Part shown: positions 18,340 to 27,382 of the stretch, in pieces
How the letters are laid out: each line of letters opens with the position of its first letter
How positions within the stretch are numbered: position 1 is the stretch's first letter
Source: an uncultured Bacteroidota bacterium
Lineage (GTDB): Bacteria; Bacteroidota; Bacteroidia; Bacteroidales; WCHB1-69
Direction of reading: 5' to 3'
NCBI GenBank assembly: GCA_902774205.1
Contig: CACYHL010000003.1
Coordinates: forward strand, 1-43,071
Length of the DNA stretch: 43,071 nt
The notes under the pieces: generated by a model
What the model saw: only the letters and a program-made list of their open reading frames with translations
What the model was told of the DNA's origin: nothing
Databases searched by the model: none
Made by a program: the position numbers and the translations under genes

Positions 18340-18732
18340 ATGAAAAAGTTTTTTTATCTTCCGATATTTGTTTTAATGGTAGTCGTTTTGGCGGTCGCTT
18401 GTAAAAAAGACACTTCTTGTGGTGCTTTGATTCGTGTCTATTTCTCTGAAAATGGGCAAGATGCGGAGGAGCCGGCTACTGACGCGCTCGTGCAAATCGG
18501 TACTAACGCCAACTATGCTGATTTCGCTAAAGCGGAGGGGTATACTAATGCTGACGGCGTTTTCGAGTGGACATTCAAGTACGAGGCTTCTCTCGATATC
18601 GTGGTTACTACCACGCGCCCGTTTTTTATAAATGACTCTACTATGGTTGAAATGCCGTATAAGGGCACGTCTCAGGTGAAACTGGAACCGGGTGAGACTG
18701 TTGAGGTTACGGTTTTGGTTCTGCCTGAGTAA
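18340..18732 (+). CDS. small lipoprotein of unknown function
   Basis: Lipobox-like signal MKKFFYLPIFVLMVVVLAVAC followed by a beta-rich 110-aa body. No family recognised. Confidence 0.6.
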   Translation: MKKFFYLPIFVLMVVVLAVACKKDTSCGALIRVYFSENGQDAEEPATDALVQIGTNANYADFAKAEGYTNADGVFEWTFKYEASLDIVVTTTRPFFINDSTMVEMPYKGTSQVKLEPGETVEVTVLVLPE

Positions 18733-18746
18733 TTTAGCCTCGGGTT

Positions 18747-20108
18747 GTGGCTTTGAAACAGAGTAAGTCAGCCTTTTTTCTACTTGGACTTTCTTCTTTG
18801 TGTCTGTTTCTTATAATTTATTGGTGCTTTCCAGCAAATAATTATAAAACAGAACATTATAAGAATGTTTGTGAATCTGACAGCACTTCGTTAAACGTTT
18901 TTTTGTTTGCGAATTATTCCGATTATTTTGTCTATCGTGGAGTTCCTCTTGGTTTTCAGTATGAATTATTGAAAATTTTGGGGGATTCTCTGCATTTGGA
19001 TTTGAATATTGATGTGGAGTGCGACTATTATAATATAGTATGTGAGCCAAGAGGGAAAAAATATGATGTCGTGGCGATGGAACTGCCTCATTGTGAATGG
19101 CTTAACTCAATGGTCTGTTGGTCTTTGCCATTCGATACCACTTATCCTGTTTTGGTTGGCGGCAAGCGTCTCCTTACTACAGATAGCGCATGTACGCTTT
19201 ATCTGCCTGCGAATTTTGCTGCTGCGATTTCATACGATTCCCTTCCGAAATCGGCTAAATGGACGGTTGAGAAGAGCAGTTACGCCACAGTTGAGGATCT
19301 TTTCGACTGGCTTGACAAAGGCCGTATTGACTATATGGCTTCTGATTATCATACCGCTGCGCTTCTTTTGCAGTTTTATCCCGATTTGTCTATTGTAAAG
19401 CAGATTGGACATCCTTATTCGAGGCAATGGATTCTCAGGTTTGAAAATGATTCCCTTAACATGGTGATTAATAATTGGTTGGGGGATTTTGTTAATTCAA
19501 GAAAATATAATTCGCTTTGCAGAAAATATTTTTCACAAAGATCGAATGTGCAGAATGTCCCTCAGGCGAAGAGAAAGACACATCATATTTCGCCATACGA
19601 TAACATTGTTAGAAAATATTCAGCGGCCGCAGGTGTTGATTGGCGTTTTGTACTCTCGATTATGTATCAGGAATCGAAGTTCTATAGCGGTTTGTACGGG
19701 CTTGGCGGTAGTTTTGGGCTTATGCAGATGATGCCTGTAACGTGTGAGAAGTATGGCATTGACGAGAACTCTTCAGAAGAGGAGCAGATAAGTGCCGGAG
19801 TAAGGCATATCAAGTCGATTCAGCGTTTTTTTGCTAATATTGATGATGAGCGGGAGAAGATGAAATTTACGGCAGCCGCGTATAATTCGGGGCCCGGTCA
19901 CATTCAGGATGCGCAACGGCTTTGCTTGAAATATGGTGATAATCCGTATTTATGGGAGGACGTTTCAAAATACCTTATATTGAAGGCTGAAAAAGAGTTT
20001 TACACAGATCCTGTTGTCAGGTGCGGCTACTATCCGGGACGTCATGCTGTAAATTATGCCGACATTGTAATTAACAGGTATGACTCATACTGTCTGTTGT
20101 TCAGATAG
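18747..20108 (+). CDS. MltF-like membrane-bound lytic transglycosylase (solute-binding-like N-domain plus SLT domain)
   Basis: N-terminal TM/signal, and C-terminal SLT motifs MYQESKF, GLMQMMPVT and AAYNSGPGH. GTG start at 18747, 14 nt after the lipoprotein gene. Confidence 0.75.
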   Translation: MALKQSKSAFFLLGLSSLCLFLIIYWCFPANNYKTEHYKNVCESDSTSLNVFLFANYSDYFVYRGVPLGFQYELLKILGDSLHLDLNIDVECDYYNIVCEPRGKKYDVVAMELPHCEWLNSMVCWSLPFDTTYPVLVGGKRLLTTDSACTLYLPANFAAAISYDSLPKSAKWTVEKSSYATVEDLFDWLDKGRIDYMASDYHTAALLLQFYPDLSIVKQIGHPYSRQWILRFENDSLNMVINNWLGDFVNSRKYNSLCRKYFSQRSNVQNVPQAKRKTHHISPYDNIVRKYSAAAGVDWRFVLSIMYQESKFYSGLYGLGGSFGLMQMMPVTCEKYGIDENSSEEEQISAGVRHIKSIQRFFANIDDEREKMKFTAAAYNSGPGHIQDAQRLCLKYGDNPYLWEDVSKYLILKAEKEFYTDPVVRCGYYPGRHAVNYADIVINRYDSYCLLFR

Positions 20109-20175
20109 TTGCTGTGATTTTGTTAATATTTGTTAAATTTTTGTAATATCTATTGATTTTTAATTAATAGTTTAT

Positions 20176-20183
20176 TATATTTG
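20176..20183 (+). promoter_or_regulatory. -7 promoter box (TATATTTG) for the amidase gene
   Basis: Matches TAnnTTTG 35 nt upstream of the ATG at 20218. Confidence 0.4.
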
Positions 20184-20217
20184 CATTGATAAATAGTAAC
20201 AACTAAAACCAACTACC

Positions 20218-23200
20218 ATGAACAAGATGAAACAATTATCACTAATTTTATTGCTTATGACTGAAACAGTTATTTGTCATACGCAATCAATCAGCAACAA
20301 CAATTATTCAGAAGAATGTAGGAGGGAGTGCCGGCGGCGGCAGGAGTCGGTTATGCGTAGTGTCGATTCGGCATACGCAGTGGTGGAGCCGTTCTTCAGG
20401 CGGGCATACACTTTGTATCCCTCTGTCCCACGCGGGTTTCTTGAGGCGGTGTCGTATTATTATACGCGTTTTGCCTTTGTGCCTTTTGATGAGAGAGACA
20501 TTGGGGGCGCGGAGGAAATACCTAAGACATACGGAGTTATGGGGCTGACACTTGATGGGAAGGGCGTTTTCAGGAACAATCTCATTCTGGTTTCCGAACT
20601 CTCAGGTGTGCCTTTGCCCGACATCTTATCTTCTCCGCAGAAAAGTGTTGCAGCTTACGCCGCCGCTTTTGCAGAATTGCAGAAACGGATGGGTGTATAT
20701 TCTGATTCGCCAGAAGATTATATTCCTATTTTGCTGGAACTTTCAGAGCTTCCTTTTGATGATGACTTGGAGGAAAATTTCGCCATGCAGAGTTATCTCT
20801 ATTCTGTTTTTGAATTTATGTCGGATTATGCGGGAAATTCGAAATATGGGGTGCCGCGGCGAAATATTGATATGAAAAAAATATTCGGAAGTCGGTTGGA
20901 ATTGCACAGCGCGCCGAAAATTCAGATGTCGGAGAATGATGCGCGTGCGGTGCCCGATTATGACTTGGCAATTTGGAATCCTGCTGGCTCATGTAACTAT
21001 ACCACAATGCAGTCGCGGAATATTTCAGCGGTTACAATCCATTATACATCAGGCACATACGCGGGTTCGATAGCGTGGTTTCAAAACTGCACATACAATG
21101 GGGTGGGGGCGCAGGCGTCGGCTCACTACGTCATCCGCTCATCAGATGGGCAGATTACGCAGATGGTAAGGGAAAAAGACAAGGCGTGGCATGTGAGGAC
21201 GGAAAACGGCTACACAATTGGAATTGAACATGAAGCCTACGGCAATGTCTATAGCTTTTTCACGCCAGCGATGTATAATGCGTCGGCTGAGCTTGTTCGC
21301 GACATCTGTGCGCGCTATCAAATTAACCCGCATCGCACTTTTTATAGGGACACTCTTGATGACGGAACATGTTTGAATGTTGGTGTGCACAGTCTCGGTG
21401 GAGAGGCCGCGTGTACCAAAATCCGTGGACATCAGCATTTCCCGAACCAGACACATACTGACCCCGGACCATACTGGGATTGGAACTACTATTATAAGTT
21501 GTTGAATCCCAATCCCGAAGTGCATACTTTTACCGCTGCTACGGGCGTTTTGACAGACAGCGGCGGCGAAGACGGGGATTATGGCTGTGATGAAAGAATT
21601 TTGTATCTGATAGAAGTCCCTGATGCGAAGCGGATTGCGCTTAAATTTACAAATTTTGACTTGGAAAAGAACTATGACTTTTTGTGGATTTATGATGGCA
21701 ACTCTGTCTATTCACCGTTATTAGGACGTTGGAACAGCGTTTCACCGGAAGTCGTCACTTCATCTTCGAATGCGCTGCTGTTGGAGTTCCGTTCAGATTG
21801 TGCGACAACGGCTTCCGGTTGGAAAGCGTTATGGGAAGCTGAATTTGACGCGGAGGAGGTGGTATATGACACATCGCCGCAGACCGAAATATGGCTTGAT
21901 GAAAACAAATGGCAGACCAAGGATTTTTCCGTCGAATTTAAGGATGTCGCAACGGCCGGTGTCAAGTACAGTTTTTATCAGGTCATTGAAAATGATGGTT
22001 CGGAATGGCGTGCCAACGGGAAGCGTGGATTTCTATGCTCAAATTTCGACCAGTCGCTTGCAAATACCGATTGGAAGACAGTTTCAGGAAATTGGAAAGT
22101 GCTGGTCCACAGGCTTGAGCAAACAGATGTGTCGGCAGAGGTAGCTGTCATTGCAATTCCGTTTAATCCTACAGAAAGCGATGTTTCTCTTTACGATGTT
22201 TATGCAAATGTGCTTGAAAATGGTGCGGGGGCTTGCGGCGTGGGCATATACTTCTGTGCCGATAACAAAAATTCTCCTCAAAACGGCTATTATTTGGAGA
22301 TACTACCGACAGAGAAAAAGATGAAACTTTACAGATTGCGCAATGGCGTGACCACTGTTTTGAAGACGTTGAATAATATTGTAACTAACTTGAATCAGAA
22401 CTATTTATATAGGATTTGTCATGATAGGAAAACCGGGATCATAAAGGTCTTCCGTCACAATAATCTGCTAATGCAGGTTGGAGACGGCTTTCCTCCAGCA
22501 ATTTCAAACGGCTTTTTTATGCTTCAAACGAATAATTGTCGTGTCGCGTTTGACAATTTGCGGGCATATCGTTCCCGAAGTGACAATGTCGTTGTAACTG
22601 TCGGCTCTGGAAGTCAGAAAGATGTCACATCACAAGCTGTTGGCGGTGTCTCCAAATGTAAAGTCAAGTCGATAATTATTGATGAAAATGACAATTTTTC
22701 CTCCTTGTCGGAGAAGAAGGTGCTTGTTGACTACACTGCTCCGCCGAAGCCGAAATGGGTTAAGGTTGAGCCGTGGCAGACGAATTTGAGCGTGTATGAT
22801 AACAGTCCTGTGAAAGTGACATGGGAGAGTGTCAGTGATATTCATTCGGCGCCGGTTGAATACAGTTACCAGATAACTGAGACCGGTGTTGGAGGCAAGA
22901 CTGTCGCTTCGAAATGGATGGATGTTGGCGAAAGTTGTGAGGTCGTTGTTACTTCTGCGTTCGACAAAGGAAAAAGTTATGTTGTGCGGGTTGTGGCGCG
23001 CAATCAGGCGGGATTAAGTTCGGCGGTGGCCTTGTCGTCACAGTTTGTGGCAGGAGGTCATGTGGTTCATGAGACGTTGTCTTCGGCTGAAAGTGGTTCT
23101 GTTGTTTGCGGAGAGGTGGGCGAGAGCCCATTTGATAAGTGGGGTAGGGCAGAGGAATTGCTGATTTATCCCAATCCGGCTTCGGCGGAGGTCACGCTCA

Positions 23201-23364
23201 GCGGGGCTTGTGCGGGGGCGCGTGTGGGGATATATGGCGCTGCAGGCGGAATTGTGCGCACTTGTACGTTGAGCGGTGACTGTAAAATTGATGTTTCTGG
23301 CTTGCCTCGCGGAATGTATGTGATAAAAGTTGGAAATGCGGTAGCACGCTTCGTCAAGTATTGA
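20218..23364 (+). CDS. multidomain secreted N-acetylmuramoyl-L-alanine amidase (Amidase_2/PGRP-like) with CUB-like domain and T9SS C-terminal sorting domain
   Basis: Signal peptide. Amidase_2-like block at aa ~255-425 (VTIHYTSG, SAHYVIRSSDGQITQMV, KAWHV, IGIEHEA, HQHF..THTDPGPYWDW). CUB-like block at aa ~437-543 (GCDERILYLIEVPDAKRIALKFTNFDLEKNYDFLWIYDGNS...LLLEFRSDCATTASGWKALWEA). C-terminal LLIYPNPASAEVTL...GMYVIKVGN...FVKY. Confidence 0.75.
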   Translation: MNKMKQLSLILLLMTETVICHTQSISNNNYSEECRRECRRRQESVMRSVDSAYAVVEPFFRRAYTLYPSVPRGFLEAVSYYYTRFAFVPFDERDIGGAEEIPKTYGVMGLTLDGKGVFRNNLILVSELSGVPLPDILSSPQKSVAAYAAAFAELQKRMGVYSDSPEDYIPILLELSELPFDDDLEENFAMQSYLYSVFEFMSDYAGNSKYGVPRRNIDMKKIFGSRLELHSAPKIQMSENDARAVPDYDLAIWNPAGSCNYTTMQSRNISAVTIHYTSGTYAGSIAWFQNCTYNGVGAQASAHYVIRSSDGQITQMVREKDKAWHVRTENGYTIGIEHEAYGNVYSFFTPAMYNASAELVRDICARYQINPHRTFYRDTLDDGTCLNVGVHSLGGEAACTKIRGHQHFPNQTHTDPGPYWDWNYYYKLLNPNPEVHTFTAATGVLTDSGGEDGDYGCDERILYLIEVPDAKRIALKFTNFDLEKNYDFLWIYDGNSVYSPLLGRWNSVSPEVVTSSSNALLLEFRSDCATTASGWKALWEAEFDAEEVVYDTSPQTEIWLDENKWQTKDFSVEFKDVATAGVKYSFYQVIENDGSEWRANGKRGFLCSNFDQSLANTDWKTVSGNWKVLVHRLEQTDVSAEVAVIAIPFNPTESDVSLYDVYANVLENGAGACGVGIYFCADNKNSPQNGYYLEILPTEKKMKLYRLRNGVTTVLKTLNNIVTNLNQNYLYRICHDRKTGIIKVFRHNNLLMQVGDGFPPAISNGFFMLQTNNCRVAFDNLRAYRSRSDNVVVTVGSGSQKDVTSQAVGGVSKCKVKSIIIDENDNFSSLSEKKVLVDYTAPPKPKWVKVEPWQTNLSVYDNSPVKVTWESVSDIHSAPVEYSYQITETGVGGKTVASKWMDVGESCEVVVTSAFDKGKSYVVRVVARNQAGLSSAVALSSQFVAGGHVVHETLSSAESGSVVCGEVGESPFDKWGRAEELLIYPNPASAEVTLSGACAGARVGIYGAAGGIVRTCTLSGDCKIDVSGLPRGMYVIKVGNAVARFVKY

Positions 23365-23450
23365 TGTTCAAGGTGCCGTCTGATAATGTTATGAACAAAA
23401 AAATGTTGATTTCTAAGACGGCAATCAAAGGTAAATGGGAATAAAGTGGA

Positions 23451-23458
23451 ATATATTT
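23451..23458 (+). promoter_or_regulatory. -7 promoter box (TATATTTG) for the SEDS gene
   Basis: Matches TAnnTTTG 21 nt upstream of the ATG at 23479. It lies inside the longer GTG-initiated ORF (23446), arguing for the shorter start. Confidence 0.4.
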
Positions 23459-23478
23459 GCAAAGCAAAATATCAAAGT

Positions 23479-24585
23479 ATGGAAAATCGTTTTTCAAAAA
23501 TATTATCCAAATTGAATTTCAAAGGTGATAAAATCGTATTGGCGATAACAATCATCTTGTCATTAATCTCATTTATAGTCGTTTATAGTTCGACAGGCGT
23601 TATTTGGGGGCACCTTAAACATTTTTTGGTCTGCTATGCGGCGATGGCATTTTTCTATCACATAAATTACGTGAAGGCATCTGTTTCAGCGCCTTTTCTG
23701 CTGCTGCTTGCACTGATACTTTTGTTCTGGACATTGCTTAGTGGCGGTGAGGCGAACCGTGGCGTTTCCATTGGCGGAATTGACATTCAGACGTTCTATC
23801 TTATAGGCTTTTTGGTGATTTATGTCATTTCTTATTTTTTGGCGCGGCAGTTGAACAGAGGTATTGAGTTGTCACCGCGGGCTTCGTGGACACTGGTGGG
23901 TATAATATTGTTCTTTTGTGCAGGAATCGCTTACACCAATATGTCAACTTCCATAATTCTCTTCCTTACAAGTGTGGTCGTCCTCTTTTTGGGCAAAGTT
24001 CGTCCGAAATATATCCTTACCTTGTTCGCGATAGTCATTATTGGAGTCGCAGGTTTGTGGGTTACTGGTATCGGTCGCGCTGAGACATTCAAGGGGCGCA
24101 TACATTACTATCTGACACAGGACAATACAGACCATTACGGAGACCAGATGATATTGGCGAAAGCAGCCATAGCGCGCTCTGGATTGACACCAGCCGGACC
24201 TGGGCAGGGAGTCATAAAAAAATCGCTGCCGGAAAAAGAGACGGACTATGTCTATGCGACACTTTTTGAAGAGGCCGGTCTTTTAATCGGATTGCTTGTC
24301 TTGTTTTTGTACTTGGTCTTATACACGAGGGCTTACAAGATTGCAAGGAAAAGCAAAGGCACATTCGGAATGTTGCTGGCGATGGGTATAGGCTTTTGGT
24401 TTACCTGTCAGGGACTTGTACACATTGCGGTTAATACGGAGCTGATACCAGCCACGGGGCAGACACTGCCTTTCATCAGTCGAGGCGGAGCTTCATTGCT
24501 CTTTTCAGGGATTATGATAGGTGTTCTTTTGAATATCAGCAGAAATGATAATTTGGAAGAAAGTGATGAGTATATGGGAAAATGA
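23479..24585 (+). CDS. FtsW/RodA/SpoVE (SEDS) family peptidoglycan polymerase
   Basis: Polytopic membrane protein with a conserved C-terminal TGQTLPFISRGGASLLFSG motif. Confidence 0.8.
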   Translation: MENRFSKILSKLNFKGDKIVLAITIILSLISFIVVYSSTGVIWGHLKHFLVCYAAMAFFYHINYVKASVSAPFLLLLALILLFWTLLSGGEANRGVSIGGIDIQTFYLIGFLVIYVISYFLARQLNRGIELSPRASWTLVGIILFFCAGIAYTNMSTSIILFLTSVVVLFLGKVRPKYILTLFAIVIIGVAGLWVTGIGRAETFKGRIHYYLTQDNTDHYGDQMILAKAAIARSGLTPAGPGQGVIKKSLPEKETDYVYATLFEEAGLLIGLLVLFLYLVLYTRAYKIARKSKGTFGMLLAMGIGFWFTCQGLVHIAVNTELIPATGQTLPFISRGGASLLFSGIMIGVLLNISRNDNLEESDEYMGK

Positions 24586-24587
24586 TG

Positions 24588-24595
24588 TATTTTTG
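24588..24595 (+). promoter_or_regulatory. -7 promoter box (TATTTTTG) for the tlpA-like / murB / MBL / HAD run
   Basis: Matches TAnnTTTG 29 nt upstream of the ATG at 24624. Confidence 0.35.
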
Positions 24596-24623
24596 TAGGA
24601 TTTAAACGAAAATTATTACGATT

Positions 24624-26366
24624 ATGATGCAAAACAGATTTTTCTTTTTTGCTTTCGCTATTATTCTCAGCTTTTTCTTCCTATCCGTATGCAATATTTA
24701 CGCACACAATTATTCTTGTGAAGAGCAATCTGCCATGACTGTTTTGAAAGGGCATGTCATTAATAATGAGCAGACTAAATTTACAAAAGTTGTACTTCAA
24801 CTCGCTTATGGACAGGGCGCAAAAAAATACGCGGAATCTCCTATTGCCGCTGACGGCTCTTTTACGCTTTCGGCTACAATTTCTCAAGATGATATATTCA
24901 AACTCTCTTTTGCTGATAAATATAATTTGCTGATTTGCCTGAAACCTAATCAAAATGTTGAGATAGAGATAGATGCATCTAATTTGCAGTTTTTCATCAC
25001 CACATCTGGTTCTTCGTCACTTGCGTTCCAAAAGAGATTTCTTGATTTGGTTAAAGCGAAAAATGACTATCTGACTGAGATGAACAAACGGTTGCAGGAC
25101 GACAAGGAACAAAAGTTCTATTATTCTTTGGCTCAGAAATTTGACCAGTATCATCAGACGAACCAAACTGTTGACAATAATATTTTGAAGACTTTCGAGG
25201 ATGCGGATTCTTTATACAAACTCACAATGGAGTGCTCTGACGGGAAAGCTGTCAACCAGAAATTGTCGGGTTCCTTTTTGAGCCGCGCCGTTGCATTGAT
25301 GAAAAGCATAACAGACCATTATCAGCCATACCGCAATTACAAGGAAAACGTTGGAACTTACTATGACTTTTCTTCAAATAGGGATAAGAAATATTCACAA
25401 TTATACGCACATGTTGACAGTTATATTGAGGCATTGGAACTTCGGCATAAAAGTGCCGAGGCGGCTTTGGGAAAATATGCGGACGAATGCTCACAACTTG
25501 TAAAGAAGTATGAAGATTTGAATGATAAAGGCAAATTGGAAAATAAAAAGACAAAAACGGCTTTATGCAATGATATTGTCTCTTTTGTCATGGAAAATAA
25601 CCCGAACAAGGATGGGCAGACTGAACTCTATAAAATGAATGTTGAGACAGGCATCTCGGCATTGAAGAATGTACAATCGGAAGCCCAAAAGGGGGCGAAT
25701 GCCGTGGTGAAAAAGTATCAGGATATGTATAATGCTGAGGAACGTGTCAAGAATGACAGTTTGGTGGCTCTTATGCGGCAAAACAAGTCGGATATTGCGG
25801 TTATGATTTTCCTCGATTCCTATTTCCCGAAAGAGAAAAACATCGATTTTTACACGGAGATAATTAATTCATTGTCAGAGAGTTATCCTGAACATCAGCT
25901 CGTTCAGTCGTATAAAGACCAGCTGAATGTGTATAAAGGTACGTCTGGGGGCAGCATTGCTCCGGAGCTTGCGTTCCCGAATCCTGACGGGAAGATCATG
26001 AAACTTTCCGATTTGCGCGGCAAGGTGGTTCTGCTCGACTTTTGGGCTTCGTGGTGCCGCCCGTGCCGTAACGCAAACCCTGGTGTGGTCGCTATTTACA
26101 ATAAGTACAAGGACTCCGGTTTCGATGTCTTCAGCGTGTCACTTGACAGGGACAAAAACAGTTGGAAGAATGCAATTGAAGCTGATAAGTTGACTTGGCC
26201 GAATCATGTGAGCGACTTGAAACAGTGGTCCTCCGCGGCTGCGGCGTTGTATGGGGTACATTCAATACCTACAACATACCTCATTGACAAGGAGGGACGC
26301 ATAGTAGCAAAGAATTTGCATGGTCCTGATTTGGAAAACAAAATTAAGGAACTGCTTGGAAAATAG
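24624..26366 (+). CDS. TlpA/ResA-like thiol-disulfide oxidoreductase with a long N-terminal extension
   Basis: Signal/TM N-terminus and a C-terminal thioredoxin fold with LLDFWASWCRPCR (CxxC) and IPTTYLIDKEGRIV. Confidence 0.75.
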   Translation: MMQNRFFFFAFAIILSFFFLSVCNIYAHNYSCEEQSAMTVLKGHVINNEQTKFTKVVLQLAYGQGAKKYAESPIAADGSFTLSATISQDDIFKLSFADKYNLLICLKPNQNVEIEIDASNLQFFITTSGSSSLAFQKRFLDLVKAKNDYLTEMNKRLQDDKEQKFYYSLAQKFDQYHQTNQTVDNNILKTFEDADSLYKLTMECSDGKAVNQKLSGSFLSRAVALMKSITDHYQPYRNYKENVGTYYDFSSNRDKKYSQLYAHVDSYIEALELRHKSAEAALGKYADECSQLVKKYEDLNDKGKLENKKTKTALCNDIVSFVMENNPNKDGQTELYKMNVETGISALKNVQSEAQKGANAVVKKYQDMYNAEERVKNDSLVALMRQNKSDIAVMIFLDSYFPKEKNIDFYTEIINSLSESYPEHQLVQSYKDQLNVYKGTSGGSIAPELAFPNPDGKIMKLSDLRGKVVLLDFWASWCRPCRNANPGVVAIYNKYKDSGFDVFSVSLDRDKNSWKNAIEADKLTWPNHVSDLKQWSSAAAALYGVHSIPTTYLIDKEGRIVAKNLHGPDLENKIKELLGK

Positions 26367-26372
26367 TTGGTT

Positions 26373-27380
26373 ATGAAACAGTTCTCGGCTTTTTCGCTTA
26401 AGAGTCATAATACTTTTGCGGTTAATGCGCACTGTGATTCTTTTGTGGTGCTGGAGTCTATTGGTGATGTGAAAAAAGCTGTCGGAGAGGGGTGTTTTGT
26501 TGGAAAGTTCCTTATTTTGGGCGGCGGCAGCAATATCTTGTTTACGTCAGATTTTCATGGGACAGTTGTTCATCCCGCTTTCTGTGGCATATCATTGGTG
26601 GGGGAGACGGAGAAAAGTGCGCGCGTTGAGGCTGCGGCTGGTGAGAGTTGGGAGGACTTGGTGGCATACACGGTCGCGAATGGATATTATGGAATTGAGA
26701 ACCTGACTGGCATCCCAGGAAATGTCGGGAGCTGTCCCGTGCAGAATATTGGAGCGTATGGCGTTGAGGTTAAAGATGTCATTGCCGAGGTGCGTGCTGT
26801 GAAACTTGATACGGGTGAGCAAGTAACTTTCTCTAATCCAGAGTGTTGTTTCGGCTATCGGGATTCAATTTTCAAGAAAGCACTGAAAAATAAAGTCCTG
26901 ATTACAAGTGTCGTTTTTGAATTCTCTAAGATGAAAAAATTCACTTTGACGTACACACCTTTGAAAAACGCGCTTCAGAATTGCAGTGAACTCTCTTTGG
27001 CGAAAGTGGTTGAAACAGTTCAGTCCATTAGAAATTCGAAACTGCCGCAAGTTGGTAAAGTTGGAAGTGCAGGTAGTTTCTTTAAGAATCCGATTCTGCC
27101 TGCTGAAAGTGTTGTGAGACTCCAGCAAACTTATCCGGAATTGCAGACGTATAATATTGATGGCCAGCTTGTTAAGTTGTCTGCCGCCCAATTGATTGAT
27201 CTTGCAGGTTGTAAGTCATGGCGGGAGGGTGATGTTGCGGTTTTCCCTTCTCAACCGTTGGTTATCGTTAATTATGGAAACGCCACAGGAGGAGAGATAG
27301 TGAGGTTTTATGAAAAGGTTCAACAGGCGGTGTCCGACAAATTTGGTATTATGCTTGAAACAGAAGTAAATATATTGTAG
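26373..27380 (+). CDS. murB: UDP-N-acetylenolpyruvoylglucosamine reductase
   Basis: FAD-binding domain motifs ILGGGSNILF and GIENLTGIPGNVGSCPVQNIGAYG, plus C-terminal GSAGSFFKNP. Confidence 0.9.
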   Translation: MKQFSAFSLKSHNTFAVNAHCDSFVVLESIGDVKKAVGEGCFVGKFLILGGGSNILFTSDFHGTVVHPAFCGISLVGETEKSARVEAAAGESWEDLVAYTVANGYYGIENLTGIPGNVGSCPVQNIGAYGVEVKDVIAEVRAVKLDTGEQVTFSNPECCFGYRDSIFKKALKNKVLITSVVFEFSKMKKFTLTYTPLKNALQNCSELSLAKVVETVQSIRNSKLPQVGKVGSAGSFFKNPILPAESVVRLQQTYPELQTYNIDGQLVKLSAAQLIDLAGCKSWREGDVAVFPSQPLVIVNYGNATGGEIVRFYEKVQQAVSDKFGIMLETEVNIL

Positions 27381-27382
27381 TT

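Noticed and set aside
23374-23422. An 8-bp inverted repeat TGCCGTCT...AGACGGCA after the amidase gene, considered as a terminator.
   Set aside because: The loop is 33 nt and no T-run follows, so it is not a canonical intrinsic terminator. It could still be a weak structure.
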